A stretch of DNA of 64,000 nucleotides, from contig OZ287086.1 in the NCBI GenBank assembly GCA_965645245.1, positions 558,001-622,000 of the forward strand, in the 5' to 3' direction. Source of the DNA: Massalongia carnosa. Taxonomy: Eukaryota. Below the pieces are notes generated by a model that was given only the letters and a program-made list of their open reading frames with translations, ran no database searches and was not told the origin of the DNA. Shown in pieces: positions 1 to 12,142 of the stretch (position 1 is the stretch's first letter; each line of letters starts with the position of its first letter). Made by a program: the position numbers and the translations under genes.

Positions 1-3000
1 TCCCTTTTGAATGCAAACACAATATCGTCAATAAAGAAGAAGTAGATAATGCCATCTTTCTGAACTACGCATGGCTCTTGAGGAATCTCCGTGAAACCCA
101 GAATTTTCATCTGATTGGTGAGTTTTTGTTGCCACAGCAAGGGAGATCTTCGCAAGCCATACAGCGCTTTATTAAGCTTTAGCACCTTTCCTTGCTCACC
201 GTATCCTGGAGGCATCTTTATAAACACTGTTTCGTCCAGATCCGCATGCACAAATGCATTTACTGCATCGAGTTGTATTGTTTCAAGGTCAAACCTGGCT
301 ATCAAGGCTAGTAACACTCGGAGAGAGGTTGTTGCTAGAGTTGTTGCCCTCGTTGGAAGATCGCACTTTCTCTGTTGATTGCCGCAAACTACTAGCCTAG
401 CTTTGCATTTTTGCAAACTGCCATGCTTGTCTGTTTTGTATACAAATACCCATTGACACCCAAGCACTTGATGTCCTGTAGCCTCTTGGCTGTTCACCAC
501 CGACCAGGATTTGAATTGGTGTTTGTGTTGTCGTAAATGCTCTTCCTTATTCTCCCGGAATTGCTTCTACAATGGATGTCCCTGGAGTTGTCGATAGTTG
601 ATCGGGACTGATGGAAGGTTTCTCTTATAGACCTTTACTCCTGATGCAAACGCCGTTTGTACTTTGGACGGCACTCTGAATTGCCTGAAATCAAAAAACC
701 TTTGATTTTGTTGTCTCTCTAATTCGTCAAGAACTGCTGGTTCAATATAATTTGTTGAACCAGACTCATGCAAACCTGAACTCAAATGTTTAGATAATGA
801 GTCCACCCCTTCAGGTTGGACTAAGACAGAACCTGAATCTAAATATTTCGGTTCCGCGTTCACCCCTTCAGGTTGAACCGGGGTTCTAATAGCGTTTGCA
901 AGAAAAGTTTCCAAACTGACGGATCAGGAGTCGGATACTGCTGTTGTGCCCATCCCAAGTCTTCCTCTTCGACTTGTTTTTCAGCTTCCAGATTCTCGGT
1001 TACTTGATCGGCCTGAGGTGTTATCCTCGTCATCAAATCAATCTCATGGTCCTCTCCCAGTTGAAGATTTTCCATTTCTTCCGCTTGAGGCACTTAAACA
1101 ATCTCAATCGCTTCGTCAAGCTCTTAATGTCTTCAGAGGAGTATTGAATCCTTTTTCCATTCCAGACTTCATCCTCATCGAAGATAACATCTCTTACTGA
1201 CACCACCTTTCTTTTGTGCGGAATCCATACCCTGTATATGTTTGTAGACTCATAGCCAACTAGAAAACCAATATGCGCCTTTGCACCAAGTTTGCGGCGT
1301 TTGCTTCGATACTGTGGGTCACCTTTTGATTTGATGAGTACGTAACACTTACATCCGTACGCCCTTAGATGGTGCAGTTGGGGTTTTTGGGTCCCTGAGA
1401 CTTCTTCCTTATCCCACACTTACGTGTAAAAGGCTTCGTATGGACTTTTCCAATCTAGCGAGACTCGTGGTGTACGGTTATATAGATACGTTGCAGCAGC
1501 CACAATCTCTCTCCAAATCTTGTGAGGTAAATTGGCTGATAGTCTCATCGCTCCAGCCTTCTCCATGATAAGCCTTCCAAACCTTTCTACCCCTCCATTT
1601 TGAGCATGAGTGTTTGGTGCACAAGGCTCAAACGTAATTCCAACATTGATGCACAATGCCTTAGTCTTTAAGCGATTCATCTCATTGTCAGACCGAATGA
1701 CTTTTACCTCAAGATTGTGCCGAAGTGCGAGTCACGTCACAAAGTCTTTGAATCAGGTAAATTCTCTTCTTCTTTTGCCGACTCTGTGAAGTAGGTAATA
1801 GCCATTTTTGTCGCCTCACACACCACAGCCATGACTCGTCGAACGATAGCTCCATCTCCTTGATAGCCATCCCAACCTCCTTCTGGATCAAACCAGTCAA
1901 TAAAAACACGGTAGAACGGTCGCAATGCCCTGATTAGCTGGCGTTCTTCGTGATATCTGTTGAGTTATCTTTGCCATCGCGCAATGGGTGCACTGGGCCA
2001 TCTTTTTACCTCGAAGTCGAACTCCAAGGCACTCTTTACCGAGCTTGAACAATCCCAATGGACCAATGTGACCCATTCTTCGATGCCAAATATCAGAAGA
2101 CGCTACTGAGTGAATTTCGTGATGGAGATGGGAGTTTTTCCGCTGAGTTTGAGATTGCGTCAGGGTTATGAAAGCTGTTCCTATTTCATTCTTGACTTCT
2201 TCTCCAATCTCGTAATTTTTCTCTCGTCTTTTTGTGTATCCAATGACTCGTGTGGTCTTTATGCTTCGTATTTCCCCTGATCTATGTGTCCAACCGAGCC
2301 CTTGATCTTGCATGCACGCAAGAGACACTAGGTTCACTGGAAAGTTTGCGATATACGCAACGCTCTTCAAAGTCAGCACCGATCTTCGATTTCGTGCCTT
2401 CAGAGGCAATGCCACTTCTCCCCATCCTTCAATTGGAATGAATCCACCTCCACACAAAAGACCATGACCCTTTCTTGCACATTTAAACCTTGAGAATTTT
2501 TCCTTATTGTGAAACACGTGGACAGAGGCGGCTGAGTCAAGGAGTGAGTAATCTTCTTGAGTATGACTATAACTCATGTTAAAAGCCAATAGCGAAGATA
2601 CATTTCCTACTATCTCCTTGAACTCTTTTATGTCTCCTCCGTCCGCGTGTCCCTATTGTTTGAAAAGTGCCACTGCTTTCCTGTAATCCTCCACTTTCTT
2701 TCTAAACTTAGATTCCTCCATGTTCTTCTCAAATGTCTTCTTTGATTCAGCCGTTATCCAACTTCGATCTACTCCTAATACCAAGAAGCAGGCTTCAAAA
2801 CGATGTAGAGCACCGCAGGCTGTGCAAGGATCACGATTTGCTTGTCTTTGACTTTTCCTTTTTGGAGACTTGCTCCGTTCCTAATTGGAACCCTCATAAT
2901 CTTCGCTTGTGTGATGACGTCCCTGATCCTGCTTCTTTTTCCCATATCTCTGCCTTTTCTTTGCCGGTTTAGGGGAGGTTCTTGGTGATACATCTTGGAA

Positions 3001-3250
3001 ATCCGAGGTGGTATTTGACGTTGTGACTGGTGCCTCTTTACCGTTGAAGGTGACTTCTTGAGCCGTGAACACTGATCGAGTTGACCGAGGTTTGTTGTAT
3101 CGAAGTGTCAACCCTTGCTTCTTACGCTCCCATAATTGTTGGATTGTTGCACTGATTGATGCGTATGTATACTGCGCTACGTTTTCCTTCTGAATGTCAA
3201 TTTCCACCGTCTTGAAGTAGACGTTAAGATCAGGAACTTATCGCCACACC

Positions 3251-3769
3251 TATTAGAATTTGCCGAGATACCTGAATATTTGCGACCGAGGTTCTTTTGC
3301 CTCCTGCTTACTAATTTCCAGATAAGGCAATCATATGCTATATGCGAAAAGCTTCAGATATCGGCACGACTTCGGCAACTACGAGGAGGCAAAGGTATGC
3401 AGCAAAAATGCTACATTTCAGAGGCAATTTAGCTGTTCATGATCACTGAGTGTCTCGGTGTCTCCGGTCAGCAATAAGGTGTATTTTGCCCAGCTGAAAA
3501 GGTTCAAAGGAAGCAGGTTCATGCATTTGATATAGGCCGAGATGGAGGCCCTCAAGCAGTATAAAGAGACGGTGATTCGTCATGTAATTTAGCTATTCAG
3601 TCGTTCAGAATTCAGTTCAGCAGATAGCTAAATTTGGAGTATCTTCACTGGAAATACGGAGTACCTGCATCACGTTTGCCAAGCACTTCTCTTTGCCTAT
3701 CCTTGATAGCCCTAGACCCTCTTCTCCTGCATCCCGCTGCCGTATGCCTGGTTGATTTTTTGTTCAACA
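3251..3769 (-). mobile_element. Solo LTR (519 bp) inserted in the Copia gag
   Basis: ACACC TSD at 3246-3250 and 3770-3774. Near-identical inverted copy at 7663-8180. Confidence 0.9.
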
Positions 3770-4523
3770 ACACCATACTGACATCCGTCAGCCAGTTGAG
3801 AAGTGGTTCATCGTACTGTTTAGCTCGATAGACCAAGTCTTCCCATTTAGCAAGCCAGCTGTTAGGGCCACCTGTCGGCCATTCGACAAATCCCACACTC
3901 ATCAGTCTCTGATATTCTACGCGAATGCCCTGTTTGACTGTGGCTTTTGGGGGCTCCGTCGAGGCTTTGAGATCAATGAGCCATTTTCGAACAGTATTTT
4001 GTGGTACCAGTGGTGCAGCTTTCTGTTGGGCTAGAGTTCCGAGAATCCGCTCTCGTGGTTTGGCCTCGCACTCGTTGTACTTTTCCCATTGCCTTAGATT
4101 ATCTCTGTATATGGTATGCCTCTTAAAATAGGGTTCCATCCTCTTTTCGTACTGCGCTTCGCGTGCCGTTTGCTGCTCAGGCGTCTCTGTTGCTGCTCGT
4201 GAGCCAGATCCAGCACTGGCTCGAGTTCCAGAGGCGGCACCCACTCAAGGGAGGTTATTGACCGGCTCGTTGACTGGTTCTATCGGAGGTACTGGTTCAA
4301 CGAACGCGGCATCATACTCGGGGTCAAAATAAGGCCAAAGGTGATTAGGCACTGCGCCTCTAAGATTTGCAAACCATTGATGATAAGTACGCGGGTTAGC
4401 AAGGATAAAGTCCTTTGCGGCTTTTGCCGCCGTATTAGTGGAGGAAGTCATGTTCTAATGTCGATGTCGAAAATGGAAAGATCAGCGGAAATGATATTGC
4501 CTATTGCTAACCGGGCTCATAAC

Positions 4524-4668
4524 TGTTGAATTTCATGGAAGAAGATATAACTTGTGTCTGGAAGAAGTGGATGTGTGTGCATGTTGTTGAGAGAAAGAGG
4601 AAGAAAACATGGCGCGCCTTTTTGTGAGCACTAAGCCACTAGTGTGCCGACTATCAATAATTTCAACA
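4524..4668 (-). repeat. 5' LTR (145 bp) of the Copia, followed by its PBS
   Basis: TGTTGAA...TTCAACA termini, immediately followed on the minus strand by GTTATGAGCCCGG, the Copia-type PBS also seen at 35244-35257 and 58697-58710. Confidence 0.85.
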
Positions 4669-4674
4669 GCTACC

Positions 4675-5516
4675 AATAGCCTCCCAAATAGTCTCCGCTG
4701 CTTTTCAGATATCATCTCAAATAGCCTCCCAAATAGCCTTTCAAATAGCCTTGCATAAAGCCTCGCATAAAGCCTCCCAAATAGCCTCCCAGATAATCTT
4801 CACCGCTTTCAAATAGTCTCCCAAATAGCCTCCCAAATAGCCTCCCAAATAGCCTCCCAAATAGCCATCCAGATATTCTGCGTTGCTTTTCAAATAGCTC
4901 TTCAAATAGCCCCCTAGATAGCTATCAAATAATCTCCCTGCCAAGGACTGGGTTAGGGATTGAACTAATGTTCCTAAGACTGGGATTGGGTGATCAAGAT
5001 GTCTTTATTAATGAAGCTATAGCTAGGGGATGGTTTGCTATACAAGACGTCGGACGAGGAGTCAACTATCTACAGGATATGTCCTCTTTTTATACCTGAG
5101 CCAGCCCCTTCTTTCTCATGTTTTACCTTCACCCTAGATGAGAGATTTTGGTGATGGTGGCGGCGATAAGGTGGAGCGATAAGTGGGCCCGTGGATGTGA
5201 TCGTTCTAGCGATAAGAGGGTATAGTGGAGTGAGGAGATTGGTGGAGTGGAGTAAGGGGTTTATTCAGACTCATACCGAGGATGAATCTGAATAGGCTTT
5301 CAGGTGGCTTTTACCTCGATCGCCGCTTGACGGTTCGGTAATCATTAGGTTTTAACTCAAACTTTATTTCATGACACTCCCAAATAGCCTCTCAAATAAA
5401 TTTCCAATTAGCCTCCAAATAGTCTCCCAGATAATCTCTGCCGCTTTTCAAATAGCCTTTCAAATAGTTTCCCAAATAGTTTCCCAGATAGCTATCAGAT
5501 AGCCTCTTGAATAGCC
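4675..5516. repeat. Degenerate ~12-bp minisatellite (AAATAGCCTCCC)n, split by a solo LTR
   Basis: Many AAATAGCCTCCC variants at ~4675-4938 and ~5377-5516. Confidence 0.85.
4939..5376 (-). mobile_element. Solo LTR (438 bp)
   Basis: TG...CA ends and CTCCC TSD. Diverged inverted relative at 6245-6692. Confidence 0.88.
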
Positions 5517-6244
5517 TCAATATCTATTTTCCCAATTATCAATTTTCTTTTTCCACCGCTTTTCGCACAGCTTCTTTAGCTTTTTGGTCTCGTGCACCTT
5601 GAATTCGTCCATTTTCTCGAAGCTGTCGATAATGAGACACTCTCGAAGCGTAAAAATAATTGACTCCGTTTTCTCCCTTCTAACCCGATTTTCTATTATA
5701 TGTCGTTTGACGTGATTATAAGCTCGTCCGTCTCGAGTCTTATCTATATTATCGTCAATTTTATTCGTCAAAATACCTTCCGTTAACATTTCTGTATCGA
5801 GTTCACGTTGATATTCAGCGGTGAAAAGGCTAGGATAAAAAGAGCTGATGATAGTTAAACAACACGAAAAGCACCGTCAACCTAATCGAGTCCGCGCTAA
5901 TCCTCTGATGGACGATTCCAAAGAAAATCTGATACTTCGCGGAGAGACCTCCTCCCCCCACGGCAAAGGCGCCAAAAAGCACAAGTTTCGAGATATCGAC
6001 TATGCTTGATATGATTAATAGGTCTGTAAAGTTTTACGATATCATACGATAAAATGCATGCTCGCAATGAGGTGCCTCTTTTTGGTCCTTTCAGTACGGC
6101 GTCCTCTCCGCATTATTTGATAATTCAGTACTGTTCGGCAACCTGCCTTCCCTTTTTCGGGTTAAATCTAACCGCATAAGGTTGGATCTAACCGAACGAG
6201 GTAGTGTTGCCCAAAGTAGCAGGGGAACTCTTTTAGTACTATAT

Positions 6245-6692
6245 TGTCATGAAATCGAACCAACCCGATCCAGAATCAATCCCGCAGATGAATCTGACTA
6301 AGATCCCGTTCCTCTATTCAGCTTAGTCAGAATCTCATTAACTAAATCGAGTTTAGACCCCTCTTCAACGGCTTCAGGTCAAAGCTGTACCATCACCATC
6401 AAAGCGTACCAACGACAGAAGAACCTCATCTCCACCTTTTATCGTCAAACACCTCGTCAAACCTTCGTACCGTACGTCTCCTAATAGGGGGAGATAAACA
6501 CTGATCGAATCTTCATGCAAAGGGGTTCGAGACAAATATAAAGGAAGGGCAAGTTAATTAGATAGTTGACTCCTTGTCCGACGTCTTGTATAGCAATCCA
6601 TCACCTAGCTATAGCCTTATTAATAAAGACATCTTGATTACCCAAACTAATTCCTAGGAACATTAGTTCAATCCCCTGCCCAGTCCTTGACA
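6245..6692 (+). mobile_element. Solo LTR (448 bp)
   Basis: TGTCA...TGACA ends and TATAT TSD. Confidence 0.9.
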
Positions 6693-6814
6693 TATATAGA
6701 TCGTACAATTTCGGAAATCTGTCCCTTCTACCACCACTTTTCATTAATTATTCATCAATCATATGCCCATTACATGTAGTACTCGAAGTACTCGTAAACG
6801 AGGTAGTTATCATG

Positions 6815-6984
6815 TGTAACGATTCGACCATGCGTGGTACGGACTGCAGGACCTACAGTGAACATAGCAGGAGTCCCAGTTATAGTAGAATAGAGCTTGG
6901 TCTGCGGACTAAGTATTGTGCCTTTTGGTTGGGAGGACAGGTGGCGCAATGGTAGAAATCTATTCACTATCTCGCTTCGTCACA
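6815..6984. mobile_element. Short solo LTR (170 bp)
   Basis: TGTAAC...GTCACA ends and TCATG TSD. Same family as 44959-47004. Confidence 0.88.
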
Positions 6985-7059
6985 TCATGATTTAGAATGG
7001 GATATACCAACCAGAAATCAGTGCTACGGTCGCATGGATGCAGGACAGTTACTCCATAA

Positions 7060-8570
7060 AATTCATGCTGCCACAGGGGTGCATCGGGATACTCTCCGCA
7101 AATGGCGAAAATAGCGCGATTTTGGGCATAAAATCAGGAGAAAAGGTGCTAAACGGACAGGAAAAGTACGAAAAGTCTCCGATTGGGAAATCAAAAAGGT
7201 GCTTAATTTGGTGCTTACGGAGAAATATCCCGGAAGACGTTTGTCATTTGCTCATTTATGCAAACGTCACAATTTATCAATTTATCCTCGAACTCTTGCA
7301 CGACGTTTAGCTCAGTTGGGCTATCGCAAATTCACAGCATATCCGAAACCTTTAATTAACGAAAAGAATCGAAAAAGTCGACTCACTTTCTCTATAAAGT
7401 TCGAGAACTGGACGCATACTTGGAAACGAGTTCGATTCAGTGATGAGAGCACGGTTTACACGGGCAAACACAAGAAGGATCAAATTCTTTGCAAGACAGG
7501 TGAATAGTTCTGTCTTGATTGCATTCAGACTCGTTTTCGGAGTAGTAGAACGTCTTTTTCAGTATAGGGAATAGTCGGGTAGGGATATAAATCAAAACTG
7601 GTGTTTTTGCAGAATTTTTCCGAAGCCAGAGGGGGAATGATTAAAGAAGACTGTATAAAACATGTTGAACAAAAAATCAACCAGGCATACGGCAGCGGGA
7701 TACAGGAGAAGAGGGTCTAGGGCTATCAAGGATAGGCAAAGAGAAGTGCTTGGTAAACGTGATGCAGGTACTCCGTATTTCCAGTGAAGATACTTCAAAT
7801 TTAGCTATCTGTTGAACTGATTCTGAAAGGCTGAATAGCTAAATTACATGAGGAATCATCGTCTCTTTATACTGCTTGAGGGCCTCCATCTCGGCCTATA
7901 TCAAATGCATGAACCTGCTTCCTTTGAACCTTTTCAGCTGGGCAAAATACACTTTATTGCTGACCGGAGACACCGAGACACTCAGTGATCATGAACAGCT
8001 AAATTGCCTCTGAAATGTAGCATTTTTGCTGCATACCTTTGCCTCCTCGTAGTTGCCGAAGTCGTGCCGAAATCTGAAGCTTTTCGCATATAGCATATGA
8101 TTGCCTAATCTGGAAATTAGTAAGCAGGAGGCAAAAGAACCTCGGTCGCAAATATTCAGGTATCTCGGCAAATTCCAATAAAACAGATGCTACTACCGGT
8201 TATTTCTCCGTACTTTCAGAAAAGTAATTATATTTCTCCTTATGAACGCACCGAGCATTCTCTTCATGCCCGAGAGTTTGGTGAAATTCTCTTTCAGGAA
8301 GATAGAAATCGAACTCATGGTTTGGGGTTTGGAAAGCGAAATCTTTCACAACTGAAAGATTTATTCAGAATTTTATTGTTTAACGATAATGCATGGCCTC
8401 CATAATCTCCAGATTTCAATATAATCGAGAATATTTGGAGGATAATCAAACAACGAATCGGAAGTTATGATAAGACTATCACTACTCTGTATAACATGAA
8501 AAAAGCCGTTCAGCACGAATGGAACGAGGTAAAACAGGAGGAAATTGATAATCTGGTAGCTACAATTGTC
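7060..8570 (+). pseudogene. Degenerate Tc1/mariner transposase
   Basis: Motifs WKRVRFSDES, LFQED and WPPxSPDFNIIENIW, with stops. Interrupted by the solo LTR at 7663-8180. Boundaries approximate. Confidence 0.8.
7663..8180 (+). mobile_element. Solo LTR (518 bp)
   Basis: TGTTG...CAATA ends and AAACA TSD. Same family as 3251-3769. Confidence 0.9.
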
Positions 8571-8964
8571 AAGACTCCGGTGCGCGAGCGATAAATCCAA
8601 CGGCTCTTTCCAACCGAAGCTTCGGAGATAAGCTTCTAGAGCCGGATAGAAACTTCGAGAAGAAGGGCAAACGGGGCATATAGATTTCACATTCTACTTT
8701 GTTGATATATTTCTCTTCTTCATGCTTAGTCTCTTAGGTAGTTGACTACTTTTCGTCTTCCCTGGATAGTGTTTCTTACAACCATGCCTTCTCGTATAAA
8801 GCAATATAAAGACAGAGAAGATAACGTTACCAAATGGTAGAAATAGAGAAAATGTCCGTGTTATTTTGATATTCTGTGACTGTTTTTCGAAATTATAGGG
8901 GGGGGGCACGGACGAATGTCACCCAACCTTATACATTGTCTATAAATCTAGCTATTCCTACAAT

Positions 8965-9116
8965 TACGCCGCGCAACGGGTTGGGTTTTCGCCACAAAAT
9001 TTCGTTTTCGCCACCGGGTATTTCTTTCAAAACTCAACCCGGACACCAAAAATCATAGGGTTCGCCACAAATGGGTTGGGTTTTCAGTAGAGAAACCGGA
9101 CCCGTTGCGCGGCGTA
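8965..9116. mobile_element. 152-bp MITE-like element
   Basis: Terminal inverted repeat TACGCCGCGCAACGGG / CCCGTTGCGCGGCGTA with internal GGGTT motifs. No TSD seen. Similar ends at 9244 and 59973. Confidence 0.65.
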
Positions 9117-9346
9117 CCCACTATATAGAACAAATACAAGCGTTCTATCCTTTATCTACTATACTGCCTTTGGATAGATTATAAGCCCGGCCGCAGGACG
9201 TCTCTTTACATGTGTTTTCTTATCTTACTTTATCTATTCTAATTACGCCGCGGAATGGGTTGGGTTGGGTTATTAAAATGAGAACCCAACCCAATGGGTT
9301 TTGGGTTGGGTTGGGTTGGGTTATCGTTGGGTTACCCAACAGAAAA

Positions 9347-9420
9347 GGGTACTGATATATGGACACCCTATCCGCTACCTAGACACACCCTCTCCGGCTA
9401 CCTAGACACACCCTTCCGGA
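9347..9420. repeat. Orphan MULE-like terminal repeat fragment
   Basis: GGGTACTGATATATGGACACCC plus TACCTAGACAC repeats resemble the MULE TIR at 28761 (GAGTACGGATACATGGACACCC...TACCTAGACAC). Confidence 0.5.
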
Positions 9421-9572
9421 TTTTCAATCATTGTAGATTTATTTTAATGACTATCACAAAGTAAAATGTAGATTATAGATAAAACATTTATTTCGTTGAG
9501 GTCGAACTACCATAAAGACTATCACAAAATTCATATGCTATCTTCTATCGAATATCGAAGTATGTCGCCCAT

Positions 9573-11718
9573 TCATCGCTTCCTATTCAAAACTCGTAAA
9601 GAAAGTCTCTCGCCATCTCTTCCTTTACTCTCCACCTTCTTGTCACCCCCACCTTCTCCACCCCCCTCCTCTACCTCATTCTCCACCACACCCTCCTCCT
9701 CCTCCTCCTCCACCTCATCCACTACACCCTCTTCCTCCTCCTCCTCCTCCACCTCATCCACCACACCCTCCTCTATCATACCCTCCTTCACCTCCTCGCT
9801 TGATGGAAGCCTACCCCTTCTTGTGCGCGTTGCAATCCTCTTATTCCTATCGCGTTGCTCGGAAATGGAGTTTCTGTTATTGTAAGTTCGTTTCTTACTT
9901 TTCTGCAGAATAATTAGCTCAAGAAGACACGAAAGTAAGTGACTCGATGCTTACATCTCGCGCTGAGACCTGCTCAACCTGCGATGACCCGATCTGCGTT
10001 AACTGGTCCTCGTCATTGTTATCGTCTTCTTCATCACTAATGTAGACCTTCTGAAAAACCTGTGTTAGGTCTTCATGTCGCCTTTGCATCTCATTAGTCA
10101 AATCCTCAAGACTCATGCTTTCTTCTTCTTCCAAATCTACGTGTAAACTTGCATCTGCATTCTCCTTCTGATCGTAGAAACGAACCATCATCATCGCGGA
10201 GAATGTATCCGGATGAAAATTCTTGCGATGATCGTAAAGGGCTCCCGCAACGCTAAAAACGCGCTCACATCCAACGCCAGCGGCTGGTACAGCAAGGATG
10301 TCCCTGGCAACCATATTCATTTGTGGAAATTCCGGCTCGAGATCTTTCCACTGTTGTAGAATAGGACCCGAACGATCATGCATCGCTGTGTATTGTAAAT
10401 AAGTTGAACACAATGAGAAAAGACCTGATTTATTGTATCAGTTAACCTACCTCGCTGACGATAGCAGTTGAACTCGTCATCTAGAGCGAGCGGAGTAGCA
10501 TTATTCGTACTCAGAAGAAGATCCAGATCATTCAAGTCTCGAATGACCGCGACATTACGCTCGCGTACTTGTGAGGTTTGAGAATTCTCGTAGATATCGA
10601 ATTCCGCTTCCAGAGATTGCCAATACTGATCTTCCCATCGACTTTCCCCATAGGGCACATCCCAATTGGGACCCTTGAAAATTAGGTCCTTCTTATTGGG
10701 AGATAGCAATGCCGCCTTTCCATATAGATAACCTAATGACCCCTGAGTTTTAGAATAGTATTGACGTAATTTCGTTGCAGCCGCCTCGATGCCATTCAAT
10801 AGCGCACGTTTCCACGATACTCGCTTACGAGATAATCTTGCGCGAGCTTGATCCAGATGATCGAACAGCTTATTGTAGATCTCGAACACCTGATGAATGG
10901 TCGGTTGCTTTGATTGACCAATCATCTTTGTGAAGACGCAGAATAGATTCGTTAAATCGATAAGATATTCTATCTGTGACCATTCCACGTCGAGCAATCT
11001 CAAATACTCGGCTTCATGTTTATCATGATATCTATTCAGCGCTTGTCGCAACTTGAGCGCTCGAATTAACATGTGACATGTAGAGTCCCATCGAGTATTT
11101 ACATCTTGAAAAAGCTTAAGTACTGTACCGCTGACCGAGTTTCCAGTGCGTCTCTCTTCGTCATTCAATGCTCGTTGAACAGCGTAGAAGTTCTCCTTAC
11201 GTAAATTGCTACTGTTAATGTAAACAGCTAATGCTCGAACCTAATCGAACTTTAGAACGACTACCACAACGACTACCACAAAATAAATCTTGCCTTAGCT
11301 AGCGTAAGGGGAACTCCAGGTGTTGGGTTTTCGAAATCCCGTCTATCTTGCTTATCATCCCAGCTAGTTTTGTAATCGGCATTTTTGGGATTAATATGAA
11401 TACACCCAAGTAGCTGTTTCACGGCAAGTTGAATTACATGCGATAAACAAGGCACTCGCTGTATCTCATTAGCATCAGTGTGTAGAAGTGCCAAGGCTCG
11501 ATTGCTTCGTATCATTCGTCGCAACTCATCTACCATCGTTGTGTTATTAGATGCACTGTCCGTGGTTAATGCCAAAACACGATCTTCAATAGAATGTCTA
11601 ATTAAAACGCTGTTCAATACTTCAGCAAGTTTTATTCCCGTGTGTGAGCCTTCAACGTGTTCGAAGGCAAGAAGCACTTCGTGATAATTCCATTTATCGT
11701 CAATGAAGTAAGCATTGA
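9573..11718 (-). pseudogene. 3' half of a hAT transposase gene; exons 11718-11294, 11240-10451, 10385-9955, 9902-9573
   Basis: Motifs TTDSASNN, PCLSHVIQL, DVNTRWDST and the hAT dimerisation region ARDILAVPAAGVGCERVFS. Predicted introns 11293-11241 (GC-AG), 10450-10386 and 9954-9903 join the ORFs in frame. Confidence 0.9.
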
Positions 11719-12074
11719 CTAGTTCGGCTATGCTGAGAGCTAGTGCGTCGTTAATCGAGACAGCTCCCGCTTTGATTTCGGCACCGCATGGATCTCTCGG
11801 ACGGCATAGATGTCTCAGCACCATAAGGATGTCTCAGCACGGCATAGAGATCTTAGCACCGCATCGATCCTTCGGACGACAGTTAGGTTTCGGATTTGTG
11901 TATGCCTTGCTATGGGCCGCGTTGATGGGGCATACTGGGATGGTAGAGTAGGACAAGGAGAATAGGAAGAAGATATATAAAGAGGAGGTCCCAGACGGTA
12001 TCCCTCATCATCTCACATCTCAAGACAATCAAAAAGCATAGCATTTTGATAGCACTGTTTGCAACGTTTTCTTT
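11719..12074 (+). repeat. Ngaro repeat A1 (356 bp)
   Basis: Matches 16116-16471. Contains TATATAAA at 11974-11981. Confidence 0.95.
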
Positions 12075-12142
12075 TCACCCAATTCAAATTTATACAACCA
12101 CTACACTTAAATTTACTCTATTCAAATCCCTCTCCTCCAAAA

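Larger units (their letters stand above)
1..4668 (-). mobile_element. Degenerate Ty1/Copia LTR retrotransposon running off the window start
   Basis: Minus-strand fragments in Copia order: gag (4451-2653, knuckle CTACGALHRFEAC), protease (LLDSAASVH), GAG-pre-integrase (WHRRMGH), integrase (QNGGVER), SH3 (AYGCKCYV) and RT (LNKALYGLR). Several stops and frameshifts. Confidence 0.92.

Noticed and set aside
2650..2660. In-frame CAA-TAG-GGA between Copia gag and pol as programmed readthrough
   Set aside because: The element has other stops and frameshifts, so a CAG-to-TAG mutation cannot be excluded from one copy.
4741..4944. YLGG-repeat ORF
   Set aside because: It is a translation of the 12-bp minisatellite, and its start codon lies inside an inserted LTR.
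5517..6240. 90-aa ORF and flanking sequence as a host gene
   Set aside because: I recognised no domain, so it is left unassigned.
9244..9340. GGGTT runs as telomeric repeats
   Set aside because: The unit is a 5-mer rather than TTAGGG, orientations are mixed, and the runs follow a recurrent TIR-like end.
9496..9885. Glu-rich or Ser-rich ORFs as separate genes
   Set aside because: The minus frame is the predicted last exon of the hAT transposase, and the plus ORF is its antisense shadow.
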